Assembly (NCBI GenBank): GCA_951406725.2
Contig: OX597816.1
Span: forward strand, 2,790,001 to 2,854,000
DNA: 64,000 nt
From: Octopus vulgaris
Taxonomy: Eukaryota
Direction of reading: 5' to 3'
In this document: positions 1 to 12,303 of the stretch, piece by piece
How the letters are laid out: every line of letters begins with the position of its first letter
Numbering within the stretch: the stretch's first letter is position 1
Notes under the pieces: generated by a model
What the model was told of the DNA's origin: nothing
Databases searched by the model: none
What the model saw: only the letters and a program-made list of their open reading frames with translations
Translations under genes and position numbers: made by a program

Positions 1-299
1 CTACTTTTGACAAATATTTTATCAGGTTTATTGGGGTAAACTCGACTTTTGTCCAGCGTAAAGAAATGATTCGGTGATGTTTGTGTGAGAAGAAAGAGAA
101 GGAAAGAGAGAATGAGAGAGAGGGAAGGAAAGACTGGGAGGGAAAGATGGAGAGAGAGTGAAAGAGAGAGAAATGGCGGGAGAACTAAAGAACTTAAGTG
201 AGTGAGAGAGGGAGCGAGAAAGAGAGGGCTTTTTGGGGGGTACTCATCCCTCTGAATACCCGCTCCCCCATTTGCTGCTATGGCAGACCCAAGTGAGAG

Positions 300-485
300 G
301 AAAGCGTCAGAAACCCGAGTCTGCTCAATCCGGAGTTACCCTAACATTTCGCCTTGACCTTAACCGCCACCGCCCGCCGCCTCCACCACCACCCGCCGCC
401 TCCACCACCACCAAATATCTCAGACATTTCCGATCGCATCTCTGCGTTGATTGATCTCAAATATTCGTCTCTTTGATAGGTGAGT
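300..485 (+). other. possible non-coding first exon ending in a splice donor
   Basis: GC/CpG-richer stretch (ccgccaccgcccgccgcc) followed by a consensus donor AG|GTGAGT at 478-485. No downstream exon identified. Confidence 0.25.
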
Positions 486-919
486 GATTGAATTTTTATG
501 CTTTCCAAAGTACTTTTCATACAGTGAACAACGTTTATTTTCGTTGCTTTTAAAATTTCCTAAACTTAATATACGGCACGTCAGTAGTTCAGAAAATTCT
601 TATCGATTTTTGTTTGGTTCCTGGAATCTATTGCGTCACTCTACTTTAAATATCGATTATTTTTGCTTACATTTTATGTCCTCTATGCAACAGTGTCATA
701 GTATATAGTGCAGTCGATTGCTTTGATCCTTGTGTATAACTGGTATAGCAATGAAATAACCCAGTGGTGTGTAAGTTCAAATTCACTGTAGGTATGTCAT
801 TGTGCTTCTTTAGGAAGTATTTTATGTAGGGATCTGTCTGCCTGCTTGCCTGCCTGCTTGTCTCACTGTCTGTCTATGTATGTATGCAAGCATCTATCCT
901 TCTCTCTATATATGCAAGT

Positions 920-1353
<434 letters not shown>

Positions 1354-1446
1354 TAAGACAACAAAAGAATGAAAGAGGACCTCGATATTATGTAAATAGA
1401 GGAATTTATCTGTAAATGTAATATGTAACAATTATTTGGTAGCCAT

Positions 1447-1507
1447 GATAAAACTCCGAGTTTCGTATGTCGGGGTGGAAGTCCACGCCGCCATCTATTC
1501 AGTTATC
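1447..1507 (-). ncRNA. degenerate type I hammerhead ribozyme (family A)
   Basis: Minus strand: gataa CTGAATA gatggcggcgtggacttccaccccgacatac GAAA ctc g gag TT ttatc. G8 is mutated. Confidence 0.55.
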
Positions 1508-1543
1508 CGGCCAGATTTTTCATAGCATTTTTCCCGATGGCCG

Positions 1544-1604
1544 GTTAATTGAAGAGATGGCGGCGTGAATTTCCACTCCGACATCCAAAACTCGGAGTTT
1601 TATC
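1544..1604 (+). ncRNA. degenerate type I hammerhead ribozyme (family A)
   Basis: gttaa TTGAAGA gatg...catcc AAAA ctc g gag TT ttatc. C3 and G12 are mutated; together with the other copies it reconstructs CTGAAGA...GAAA. Confidence 0.5.
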
Positions 1605-1639
1605 ATGGCTACCGAATAATTGTCACATATTACATTTAC

Positions 1640-1673
<34 letters not shown>

Positions 1674-1675
<2 letters not shown>

Positions 1676-1843
1676 CTAGCCACTACACATTCTTTATTTT
1701 CTCTCCTGTGTTCCTTGCTTTGGAAGAGCATAGGCTCGAAACGTTAAAGACTTTTCACTTCCTGAGTGTTATACTAATACATCTGTTTGTTGTCTACACC
1801 ACCTGTCTTCGTCTTTTGTTTTTTTTTTGTGAATTCTCCCCTA
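1674..1843 (+). mobile_element. PLE pLTR-like fragment with decayed minimal hammerhead
   Basis: Follows a (TA)n tract. gagc-atag-gctc GAAACGTT at 1726-1745 has the same architecture as 36062-36096, but the CUGANGA half is decayed. Confidence 0.5.
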
Positions 1844-1940
1844 TACATATTCATATATGTCTGTCTGTCTGTCTGTCTAATGTTACTTTTTTTATTTTGA
1901 GAAAGGATGTGGAGGAAAAGTACCTTTTGTTACAAATTCA

Positions 1941-1989
<49 letters not shown>

Positions 1990-2837
1990 AACAAGTGTAT
2001 GCACACGCGGCGTCATATTGACTAAATGCCATCAAACAGTTAATTTGAAACTTTGGACATGATGTCTTAGCAATGAGATATAATATGTCAAGAAAATGTC
2101 AGTTGATTGTATTTTAAACAAGTAAAATATTGCTTTCTTTCAAACAGTAATAGCAATGTGGTGTTATTATATACTACTATAAACAACAACAACAACAACC
2201 ACATATAAACAAACAAGATAGACTCCTGCTTCACTTCTCTCTAAATGAATGTGTACATACGCTCGCACACATACATGTATATACAAAATTGAAATTTTAG
2301 ATTTGCATTCTAATTTGTCTCTAAGAGCAATTTAATCTTTCAAGAAAATATCAAAGTTTTTGAGGAAAATATTAAATTCAGTCTGCATAATTTCAAAGAA
2401 ATATCAAAGAAAAAAAGAGAAAGGTTTGTGGTTTTAAGTTTCCAGTATTTTTCGATTTTAAATTACTCTTTATACAAGTATCATTATATATATTTATACA
2501 TACATACATACATATATATACATATATATATAGTGAGAATTTGAGAATTTACAAAAAAACAAATAGGCATGGTGGCCGTCAACTCGTAGACGAATATGAC
2601 CATCACTGATAAATCATCTTAAATGTTAAAGGGAATGGCTGTCAGCAATGTCCATGTTGAAATTTATAGTTGATAACATCTTCCACATCACTGCTTGAAT
2701 TCTCATCTTTGTAAAGCGAAATAGTTCAGAAAGAAGCAAAATCTCCAGCTTCCGCAATGAGATGGGCGCTGGTTTGGAATTCCTTTCTCCAAGAAAGATG
2801 TCTAAACAAAGAGTAGATCTCTCTCTCTCCTCATATA

Positions 2838-3025
2838 TCATCATCATCATCGTTTAACGTCCGTTTTCCATGCTGGCATGGGTTGGATGGTTCTACTGGG
2901 GTCTGGGAGGCCAGGAGGCTGCACCAGGCCCCAATCTGATCTGGCAGTGTTTCTACAGCTGGATGGCCTTCCTAACGCCAACCACTCTGAGAGTGTAGCA
3001 GGTGCTTTTTACATGCCACCGGCAC
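2838..3025 (-). mobile_element. retroelement 3' tail ending in (GAT)n (RTE-like LINE/SINE tail)
   Basis: Homologous to 35802-35950 and 42170-42270 (...catgctagcatggaaagcggacg(c/t)taaacgatgatg). Confidence 0.6.
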
Positions 3026-3065
<40 letters not shown>

Positions 3066-3946
3066 CACATGCCACCGGCACTTACACACACAACACAACA
3101 CAACACAACACAACACAACACAACACAACGTTTAGATTAGTTAGAATATGTTTGTGACATATTTTAATTTCCAAAGACAAATTCACTACAGTTACCATGG
3201 AGATTAAATTCTCTCTTATGGCAAAAGGTGTAAAAACACCATATCTACCCAAGGGCTTCCTTCTAGCGTACTCTCAGACGCCCACTTCTGACTCTTTAGC
3301 CTCCCTCAATGAGAAATCCTGAAGGGAGTTAACCCTGGGCAGATTGAAAACTCTTGATTTAAAGGTGAAGAGTTTTGTGCCATGCACCGAACTCTCTGAA
3401 CTGCTTCGATGCTAGTTTGATGAGTGCAATGCACGAAATTTCCAGACTTTGAGTTACTTTCGTGACTTCCTGCCGACCAAATGGAATAAAAATATATCAA
3501 CACTCTTGCATCGTCTTCTGTTTATCATCTTTGTTCTTTCAAATCTCTGTAGTTACGTACGTACGTATGCATGCTTGTTTTTTTATGTATGTATGTATGT
3601 ATGTACACACAAGCACACACTCACACACGCCAACATGCGCGCTTGTATATGAAAGCATGTTCATTCTGATCCAAGGTTCTTATGGCATGAAATTAAGATC
3701 TGAATTTTTGACAACTTGCAAACACTGCACTAAGTACAATCGTACCCAATATTAACCAACTTTAAGATCGTATTACATTCCAGGCTGTCCTGACCGCCAC
3801 ATCATGCGAAGTTAGTATTTAGGGGACATGTTTTTACAGCTGGCTATGTCTTCGGTTTGGGGTTTGCATGGCCTATATTGTTCATCTGTTGATAATTTGA
3901 ATTTTCTATAGAAGGTACTTCGTAGAAATATATTTATGTACGTAAG

Positions 3947-3976
<30 letters not shown>

Positions 3977-3981
<5 letters not shown>

Positions 3982-4238
3982 ACCGACCAGACCATCAGAT
4001 GTTGTTACACATCGCTGGTCACAATGCGTTCGAATGACTCCACCCCGCTGGCTAAGCGAGCAGGCCAACAGAAGAAAGAGTGGTGAAAGAGTACAGCAGG
4101 GATCACCCCCCCTGCCGGAGCCTCGTGGAGCTTTTTTTTTAGGTGTTTTCGCTCAATAAACACTCACAACGCCCGGTCTGGGAATCGAAACCGCGATCCT
4201 GCGACCGCGAGTCCGCTGCCCTAACCACTAGGCCATTG

Positions 4239-4243
<5 letters not shown>
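3977..4243 (-). mobile_element. tRNA-derived SINE (ggcgcaatggc... head family)
   Basis: Minus-strand A box tggcctagtggttagg and B box ggtttcgattcc; homologous to 7187, 45965 and 55147. Confidence 0.8.
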
Positions 4244-4325
<82 letters not shown>

Positions 4326-4789
4326 GTATGGTGCACTTACGTATGCATGTGTGCGTATGTGTTTGCATGTTTATATGTATGCGTGTGCAATTTATCAATG
4401 TATATCGGTGACGGATGTGAACATTGATGGCAAAATCCGAACTTTCTGTTCTTTTCAAAACCCGTTTCGGTATTAGTTCTGCACCTAGTTGCAGGCACTC
4501 ACTTGGCCTGGCCTCCAGAAAGGAAGTGAATCTCTGATCACCCAATTGGAAGCCTGCCACTAACGGCGCCATTGTTCACCATTTTCTTTTATAAACTGAA
4601 TTAAACAACAACAAATAGCAAACCTTCTCGTATTTCTCCGACATGTCTCGACAAGCGCTGATACAATGTTATAAACTCATTGTTTCATTGCAATCATTCC
4701 AGAAAAAAGATTGCAGACATATTTCCCCTGAGTAAAATATTCAGGTTGTTCAGAATTGAATGTACCCAACCCTCATATTCTAAGTGTGC

Positions 4790-4980
4790 TTACGTTCGCA
4801 AGGTCATGGTTTCGGTTCCCGAACAGGGCGGCGCGTTGTGTTCTTGAGCAATACACTTCATTTCACGTTGCCCCAGTCCACCCAGCTGTAAATGATTGAC
4901 CCTGCGACGGCCTGGCGTCCCGTTCAAGGGTAGGTGGCATGTTATGATCTCGGTCACTGAGACGCCATGGAAACCTATGA
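4790..4980 (+). mobile_element. decayed tRNA-derived SINE
   Basis: B-box-like ggtttcggttcc and central gttcttgagcaatacacttcatttcacgttgc shared with 32281-32597 and 57500-57818. Confidence 0.55.
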
Positions 4981-5221
4981 ATTCTACGTCTCCAGACTCC
5001 TTAATTTCCATGCACAGAATGTCTTCAGCTTTTTATTCCGTATCTCTGCACTCTGAGTTCAAATCCTTGCCTAGGTCAATCCAGAGCGGTGGATTGACAG
5101 AATTTTCAGAAAGTCGGGTGGAATGCCACGACTCTATTGATTCGGGTTGTTTGCAATCATGATTCTTCGTTGGTAGAGTTAAGTCTAGCACCGCCTGGCG
5201 ACGAATAACGCCTGTCACTGC

Positions 5222-5348
5222 TTGGTAGTATTAATCCGGGCAGCGGATAAAGTTTGTCACGATTCGGTGGTGTTAATCCAGGCAAAAAGATTAAGACTAC
5301 CACCATTTGGTGGTGTTAAACCGGGCAGCGGATTAAGTCTGCCACTCA
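5222..5348. repeat. three diverged 42-43 bp tandem units
   Basis: Units start at 5222, 5264 and 5307 (ttggtggtgttaatccgggcagcggattaag...). Confidence 0.75.
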
Positions 5349-5849
5349 GCCATTCGACCAAAATGCTCGGATTGAAGAGGACACCCCCCCCACTCTTCCT
5401 GCCACTAAGCTCGAACTCTGACAAAAAAGGAAAGAAAGAAAAGAAAATGAAAAAAGAGATCACGTATGTTGCGTTTCGTCCAATTGACCAAGTGGTGACC
5501 AGAAGTTGAGGAAGAGCTAAAAAAAATAACAGTGAAAAACATTGGGCTGCGAACTGGAGACCATCTGGTCCGATTTCACACACATACACACACACACTCC
5601 CTCTCTCTCTCACTCACTCACTCTCTCGAAGAAAACCTTAAATCAAAATAGCTTATAAAGCAAGAAAATGTCTGAATATCCAGAGTAAATAATTAGCTGT
5701 AAAATATGAATAAATTAATAAACTAAATGACGTATCCGTTTAAAAAACAGAAAAGACCGTCTGTTGAAAAGACCAATGAAGCAAAACCTTTCCCAAATGT
5801 GTATCTATCAAACTAATTGTATATTTATGCATATAATCTTATTTTTGTT

Positions 5850-6005
5850 CCATTCTAAACAAAACTGTCCGACGAACGGGAACGTGAATCTTTGAGTAAC
5901 AGTTTTTTGTGATATTTTTGCTGCTTTTTTATAAAGCATATTACTCTACCTCTGGTATTCGAGTACTATTTTTCTCCCCTTGTTTCGCATTTATGCGCTT
6001 GCTGT

Positions 6006-6008
<3 letters not shown>
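5850..6008 (+). mobile_element. PLE pLTR-like module family B with decayed hammerhead (5861-5906)
   Basis: aaaactgt CCGACGA acg ggaa cgt GAAT ctttgag TA acagtttt. Body homologous to 32792-32940 and 56415-56565; ends at (TA)n. Confidence 0.7.
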
Positions 6009-6046
<38 letters not shown>

Positions 6047-6052
<6 letters not shown>

Positions 6053-6454
6053 AGAGAGAGTCCACCATGTGGTCACTCTAATGCTAGATATAGATCCGCA
6101 AAGGGAATCCGCCACTAAAGAATTGTTCTCAAGAATTAATTCAACACGCCAAGAATGTAAGCGAGCAGGACAACAATGAAACAATTGTATAGAGTTAATC
6201 TATTTTTTCGTTATTTTTCATTTGTCCTGCTCGCTTACATCCTTGGCGCGTTGAATTAATTCTTGAGAACAATTCTTTAGTGCCGGATTCCCTTTGCGGA
6301 TCTATATCTAGCGTTTGCGTGACCACACGGTGGACTCTCTCTTATTATTTGTATTAATAATTTTTACTGTATCCCAGTCTTTTTATACGCTAGGCCACTT
6401 TTGTTTTGAATTGATGTTATTAATTAATATTCAATTTTTTTCACCCTTATTGTG

Positions 6455-6458
<4 letters not shown>
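6047..6458. mobile_element. fold-back element embedded in (TA)n
   Basis: ~135-bp inverted arms at 6047-6181 and 6216-6348 plus a 3' extension, flanked by (TA)n. No hammerhead core seen. Confidence 0.65.
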
Positions 6459-6508
<50 letters not shown>

Positions 6509-7186
6509 CCCAAGTAAAACATCGTTGTAATATGCCTGTTACTACTGTCGAAGATTCTGTCTAATTGACGCCGCTTAGAAGAATGTGAATGTTGTGGCAT
6601 AGAATGCTGAGTTCGTGAGCCAAGTCAGATTTTCGTGTGAAACTAATTAACTTTATTGATACCAATAACAATCGTGCTATTGATTGCCGCCGGAAGTATC
6701 GAGTCTACTTAGGTGAAGCCACTCCGGAAGAGAGTACCTCTTTCCAAGACGAAATATCATCAATATTTTCAGTTCAGCTTCACAAAGTCTATGACCGATG
6801 TTTGAATATTGTTATTGCAGCCGACAACTGCGACCTGTTATTATTATTTAGCACCAGGGAAACTTGATGGAACAAACGTATGCTTAAAGGCATTCTAGTC
6901 ATGACCATTTCGTCTTTTTGAATATCAGGGAGAACATTATCCAATAGTAGAACGGTGTTTGAAGGAGATTTGACTGCTTTTTCTAGTAAGTCAAGAAACT
7001 ACGTAGAGAGACTCACTGATCGATTTGTTCTCATGTAGCATCTGTTGACTTCTGAATGATTTATTAAATCGTAAAGAATTAAGCGTTTTTGCCACAAACA
7101 CTAGTTTTCGCGTCCGTGAGACTAGATGAGCTGTCGAGTTAACCTCTCCTGACCGCGCCATTGGAATGTAGCTTACGTTTGGAATG

Positions 7187-7560
7187 GAAGCGCAATGGCT
7201 CAGTGGTTAGGGCAGCGGACTCGCGGACGTAGGATCGTGGTTTCGATTCCTAGACCGGGCGTTGTGAGTGTTTATTGAGCGAAAACACCTAAAGCTCCAC
7301 GAAGCTCCGGCAGGGGGTGATGGCGAACCCTGCTGTACTCTTTCACCACAACTTCATTCTTTCTTCCTGTTTCTGTTGTACCTGTATTTCAAAGGGCCAG
7401 CCTTGTCACACTTTGTGTCACGCTGAATCTCCTCGAGAACTACGTTAAGGGTACACGTGTCTGTGGAGTGCTCAGCCACTTACACGTTAATTTCACGAGC
7501 AGACTGCTTTGTTGATCGGATCAACTGGAACCTTCGTCGTCGCAACCGACTGAGTGTCAC
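7187..7560 (+). mobile_element. tRNA-derived SINE, near full length
   Basis: A box tggctcagtggttagg, B box ggtttcgattcc; tail ...cgtcgtcgcaaccgactgagtgtc shared with 32281, 55147 and 57500. Confidence 0.85.
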
Positions 7561-8049
7561 GGGACGTTTGTAATGCATAACTCTTCTACCCAGTTTTCTC
7601 TCGTATAAATAACTTTTGTATCTCTCTCTCTCTCTTTCTCTAACTGTCTGTCTCTGTCTCTCTATCAACAGAGTTTCCTGGTTCTCGATCGTAGCGTCTT
7701 CTTTTCCACTTACAATAATTTTTTTTTTATTCTGTCTTGGAAAACTTCTATAAAATATTGTTTTGAAACTCTTCCGATGGCGGCAGAGTGAAAAAGGGTC
7801 TTGGACGAGATATCTGAAGGTTTTCAGCTCGTCTATAGAAAATACAAAGTAAGCGAACAAGCGAAGAAGCTTTTTGATCTTTTCATGCTGAACGAGACAA
7901 CAAATAAACACTTTTTTGTACGAAAGAAAATGAAGGGAAAAAGAAAAAAAAAGGGGAAAGATTATAGAAAATGTTACGGAGGGGGAAAGTAGTAGTTATT
8001 TCTACTCTAAGCTCGAGGCCTTGAAAAAGGAGGGAAATAATAATAATAA

Positions 8050-8449
8050 TCCTTTCTATTGTAGGCAGGAGGCCTGAAATTTTGGGGGAGGTCTTGAGTC
8101 GATTATATCGACCCCAGTGCTCAACTGGCACTTAATTTATCGACCCCGAAAGGGTGAAAAGCAAAGTCAACCTCGGCGGAATTTGAACTCAGAACATAGC
8201 GGCAGACGAAATACCTATTTCTTTACTACCTACAAGGGGCTAAACACAGAGGGGACAAACAAGGACAGACAAACGGATTAAGTCGATTACATCGACCCCA
8301 GTAAGTAACTGGTCCTTAATTTATCGACCCCGAGAGGATGAAAGGCAAAGTCGACCTCGGCGGAATTTGAACTCAGAACGTAGCGACAGACGAAATACGG
8401 CTACGCATTTCGCCCGACGTGCTAACGTTTCTGCCAGCTCGCCGCCTTA
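8050..8449 (-). mobile_element. SINE with Nin/Deu-like central domain, internally duplicated
   Basis: Minus-strand head ggcggcgagctggcagaaacg; the gcctttcatcct..cggggtcgataaattaag domain occurs twice. Confidence 0.8.
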
Positions 8450-9064
8450 ATAATAATAATAATATTAACAATAATAATAACAATAATAGTAATAATAATA
8501 ATAAATGTTAAAAAGTTATAAACCTCAACCAATATGACAGCCTCGACGACTAAAACAAACCTTGCAACTGCACTGACGAAGAAGAAGAAGAAGAAGAAGA
8601 AGAAGAAGAATGTGTTCCTTAATTAGTGAGTAACGCAAATGAGAAGCTGGGCTGTGGCATCGCCAAAATGTAGGATGTGCAACGAACAAGAAACAACAGA
8701 CGAAAGAATGTATGTCTGTTTAGATGTAGTCAGAAACAGAATGTCAGCAGATGTGTTCGGGCTGGGTTCTGGTTGTCGTGTTTATTAAGCAAAATGTGCA
8801 AGCGGTAGAATAACTGAATGGGAATGAGGCGATATCCTGAAGGCAACGAAGAGAAGCAAGAACCACGGGCAAACAAAAGCGATTTCTCATGAGAGAAGAG
8901 TTACAATGGAGAGAGTTTTGTGAAGGGTTAGAAATAAGTTCAGGGTGAAGTGGCTGATATTGTCAGTGTTAGAAACGAAGGGGAAGAGAGAATAGAGGGA
9001 ATATAGGAATGCATTTTGATCAAATAATTTCTCTGTAATGTATTTGTAATGTTCCTTGAGGATC

Positions 9065-9316
9065 TTATCTTTTGCTTGTTTCAGTCATTTGACTGTGGCC
9101 ACGCTGGGGCACCGTCTTGAAGGGTTTTAGTCGAACAAATCGACCCCAGGACTCACTTTTTTTAGAGCCAAGTACAAATTCTCTTGGCCTTTTTTTTGTC
9201 GAACTCTACGTTACAGGGAAACAAACACAGCAACACCGGTTGTCAAGCGGTGCTGGACACACACACATACACATGAATACACACACATACATATGCACGC
9301 ACACACACACACACGA

Positions 9317-9363
<47 letters not shown>

Positions 9364-9525
9364 GGGTTTCTTTCAGTTTCTTCCGTTTCCTTCAACCAAA
9401 TCCACTCAGAAGGCTTTGCTTGGCCCGAGGCCATAGTAGAAGACACCTAAAATGCCACGCAGTGGGATTGAACCCTGAACCATATAGCTGGGAAGTATGC
9501 TTCTTACCACAGCCATACTTGCGCC
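9065..9525 (-). mobile_element. tRNA-derived SINE (ggcgtaggagtggctgtgtggtaag family)
   Basis: Homologous to 52028-52456 and 62078-62443; tail ...gtcaaatgactgaaacaag. Confidence 0.8.
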
Positions 9526-9544
9526 TATTAATATATATGTCACA

Positions 9545-9710
9545 GGCGTAGACGTGGCGTAATAGGCGAGGATGTGGCTTTCCAACCATGCGGTCTGGGG
9601 TTCAGTTCCATGGATCGCACCTTGGGCAAGTATCTTCTACTTATAGCCCTAGGCTGACCAACGCCTTGCGAATGGACTTGGTAGATGGAAACTGAAAGAA
9701 GGTCGTTGTG
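9545..9710 (+). mobile_element. 5' part of the same SINE family
   Basis: Contains ggttcagttcc, caccttgggcaagtatcttctac and gatggaaactgaaagaag. Confidence 0.65.
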
Positions 9711-9801
9711 TGTGTGTGTATGTATGTGTGTCTAGATTTGTATGCTTTTATGTATGTATTCTCATGCATATAGTTGCATATCTAGACATGCTTATACATA
9801 T

Positions 9802-10066
9802 TTAATTGATAAACTTCTGGAAAGTTTTACAGACTTTTACAGTTCCAGTGACAGATTGGATTTGTAGTCTTCGAATTAGCTTTCTCATTTCTGGTTTTGA
9901 GAAGCCCAATTTCTCAAGATTGATATTTAGGCAGTGTGTTACATATCCCAGGGCCCCAATAATAATTTCAGGTATAATCCTGAACTTGTAATCTGGAAAG
10001 AGTAACTGTTGATTTCTCAACAGTTAAGCATAGGTATTCTCTTTTTCACTGATCTTCAGCTTTATG
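9802..10066 (-). pseudogene. C-terminal fragment of an RLE-type non-LTR retrotransposon (R4/Dong-like)
   Basis: Translation ...KISEKENTYA*LLRNQQLLFPDYKFRIIPEIIIGALGYV...LQIQSVTGTVKVCKTF* matches the PxxIGALG...LQ..GTxxI terminal motif. Confidence 0.7.
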
Positions 10067-11007
10067 TATGTATGTATGCATGTATGCATGCATGCATGCA
10101 TGCATGCATGTATGAATGTGTGTATGTATGTATGTATGTATGTATGTGCGCGTGTGTATGTGTGTTGTGTTTGTGATTGTCCTGCATCACCGGTTGACAC
10201 CGGGTCTTGGTGTAAATCCCTGTAACATAGCGGTTCAGCAGAAGGAGAGCGATAGATGAAGTACCCGGCTTAAAAATGAGTACTGAGGTCGATTAATGCC
10301 GTGAAGGTGGTGCGCCAGCACGGCTGTCATCCAAAGACTGAAACCAGCAATGTATATATGTATATATATGAGTGTGTGTGCATGTTGAGAGAGATGTAGA
10401 GTGAGAGAGAATAAGAGATAGAGAATGAGAGAAAGATCAACAGTGTGAGTGAGTGAGTGAGTGAGAGAGAGAGAGGGAGAGAGAGAGAGAAGATAATTAG
10501 CTGTTTACTGATTCTAGTAATAAAATGGCGTTGAAGTTGAACGCAGTCTTTTGACGGCGCAGCAACTGGCTTCAAGCATAAATAGATCAGGTTGCTTTAA
10601 CAGCAACCATCCAGTCTTGTCTGTGACTTCAGACGAAGGCCTTTATCATATGATATCAAAGCATTCTGTTTTTGCTTTTGCTACACACACACACACATGG
10701 GCGCACGCATGCGTACACATACATAAAACGAGCTGCCTTCACCTTTCTCTCTCTTTCGTGTTCTTCTAGGCACTCCTCACATTTCCATACACGCACATAT
10801 ACACCCAAATAAATCTGATATCCATTAATCCTCTCGCTCCCTATTGACATTAATCTATCAATCAATCAATCAGTTAACCAGTCAGTCGATCAATCAACCA
10901 GATGACAAATCAATCAAACTCTATACATCAATCTGTCTGTCTATCTAACCACCTATTTAACTCTTTATTTACTGTGTGTGTAAATATATATAATATACAT
11001 ACATACA

Positions 11008-11039
<32 letters not shown>

Positions 11040-11062
11040 CATATGTATACATACATACATAC

Positions 11063-11257
11063 ATACTCTTTTTTATTCTTTTACTTGTTTCAGTCATTTG
11101 ACTGTGGCCATGCTGGAGCACCGCTTTTAGTCGAGCAAATCGACCCCACGACTTATTCTTTGGATGCCTAGTACTTGGCCAAGGTGCCACACAGTGGGAC
11201 TGAAACCGGAATCATGTGGTTCGTAAGCAAGCTACTTACCACACAGCCACTCCTACA

Positions 11258-11260
<3 letters not shown>
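11063..11260 (-). mobile_element. internally deleted SINE (ggtgtaggagtggctgtgtggtaag family)
   Basis: Head and tail of the family joined at ~11170. Confidence 0.75.
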
Positions 11261-11306
<46 letters not shown>

Positions 11307-11714
11307 AATATAAATAAATATAATCTCTGTATTCTTTGTCTATTTTCACGTTCCATATTTCTAAGCTGATATCATCTAACTTAAAATGAAGATTTTTTTT
11401 CTTCTTTTTTCTTATCTCATTATCTCTGACGTCATAATCTCACCCATCTACGTTCATGTGTATAATCACATAAGAAGACCATGTAATAGGAGATAAGCCA
11501 CAGCAGCAACAACAGCAATGTAAAAGAGAAAATAAAAAAGAAAGATTAATGTTAGAGGTTACGCAAAGTCAAGTCTCTTAGAAACAATTGATTTCTCTCT
11601 CGTGCTGCTGCTGCTGCTATTCTCGGCTGAACATATTGCAAACACTCAATCACCTTACCTGCACAACGAACGCTCTCTAATTACCTGTATACTAGTTTAG
11701 CAATAATGATTATC

Positions 11715-11912
11715 TTTTTCTACTATAGGCACAATTTTAGGGAAGGGGCAAATCGATTACACCAACCCCAGTACATGACTGGTACTTATTTTATTGACCT
11801 CGAAATGATGAAAGGCAAAGTCAACCGCGGCGGCGTCTAAATTCAGGACATAAAGTCGGAAGAAATGCTGCAGAGCGTTTTGTTCGGCACTGAAACGATT
11901 CTACCATTTGTC
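11715..11912 (-). mobile_element. Nin-domain SINE interrupted by the Merlin insertion
   Basis: Contains gatgaaaggcaaagtcaacc. The family end ctgccagctcgccgcctta is read here as ctaccatttgtc|gcctta, resuming at 13523. Confidence 0.7.
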
Positions 11913-11965
11913 GGCACAGTCATGCCTTTGGATGTCAGAAGTGAAAGTATAAAAATCTGACGTCA
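11913..11965 (+). repeat. Merlin left TIR
   Basis: ggcacagtcatgcctttggatgtcagaagtgaaagtataaaaatctgacgtca. Confidence 0.95.
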
Positions 11966-12189
11966 GACATCAACTTCGTGTATTTACGTCGTCATGTTTA
12001 AACTTTCGTTTATTTACGTACCACCACGCTAGGTTTATAAAAGCTTGAAGTTAATTTTTAAAATAAATGTGATACTTATTCTGTTTAAACTTTATAAATA
12101 AATATATTCTTGCATTATTCATTATTGTTTTTAAAAAAGAAATCACACCAAATCTGCACAAATGAACTCCCATGACCATCACCGCGATT

Positions 12190-12260
12190 ACATACACCAA
12201 TCAGAATGACCACTGACCACCACGTGCGTAATTCAAACTTTGAAATTTATTCAGTTAGAA
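12190..12260 (+). promoter_or_regulatory. candidate transposase promoter
   Basis: CCAAT at 12197-12201, CACGTG at 12221-12226 and Inr-like TCAGTT at 12251-12256, about 50 bp upstream of the ATG. Motif-level evidence only. Confidence 0.3.
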
Positions 12261-12303
12261 AATCTTTCAGTGTGATATCAACACGTGCGAAACAATTTTC
12301 AAT

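Larger units (their letters stand above)
1352..1644. mobile_element. Penelope-like pLTR/retrozyme-type fold-back module, family A
   Basis: Inverted arms 1407-1513 and 1538-1644, flanked by (TA)n on both sides. Homologous to 49497-49734. Each arm carries a hammerhead-like motif. Confidence 0.7.

Noticed and set aside
5222-5348. CRISPR-like periodicity
   Set aside because: Whole units are similar (no unique spacers), and the context is eukaryotic with no cas genes.
7187-7260. tRNA-like A/B boxes here and in other SINE heads
   Set aside because: They are SINE heads that continue into repeat bodies, not functional tRNA genes.
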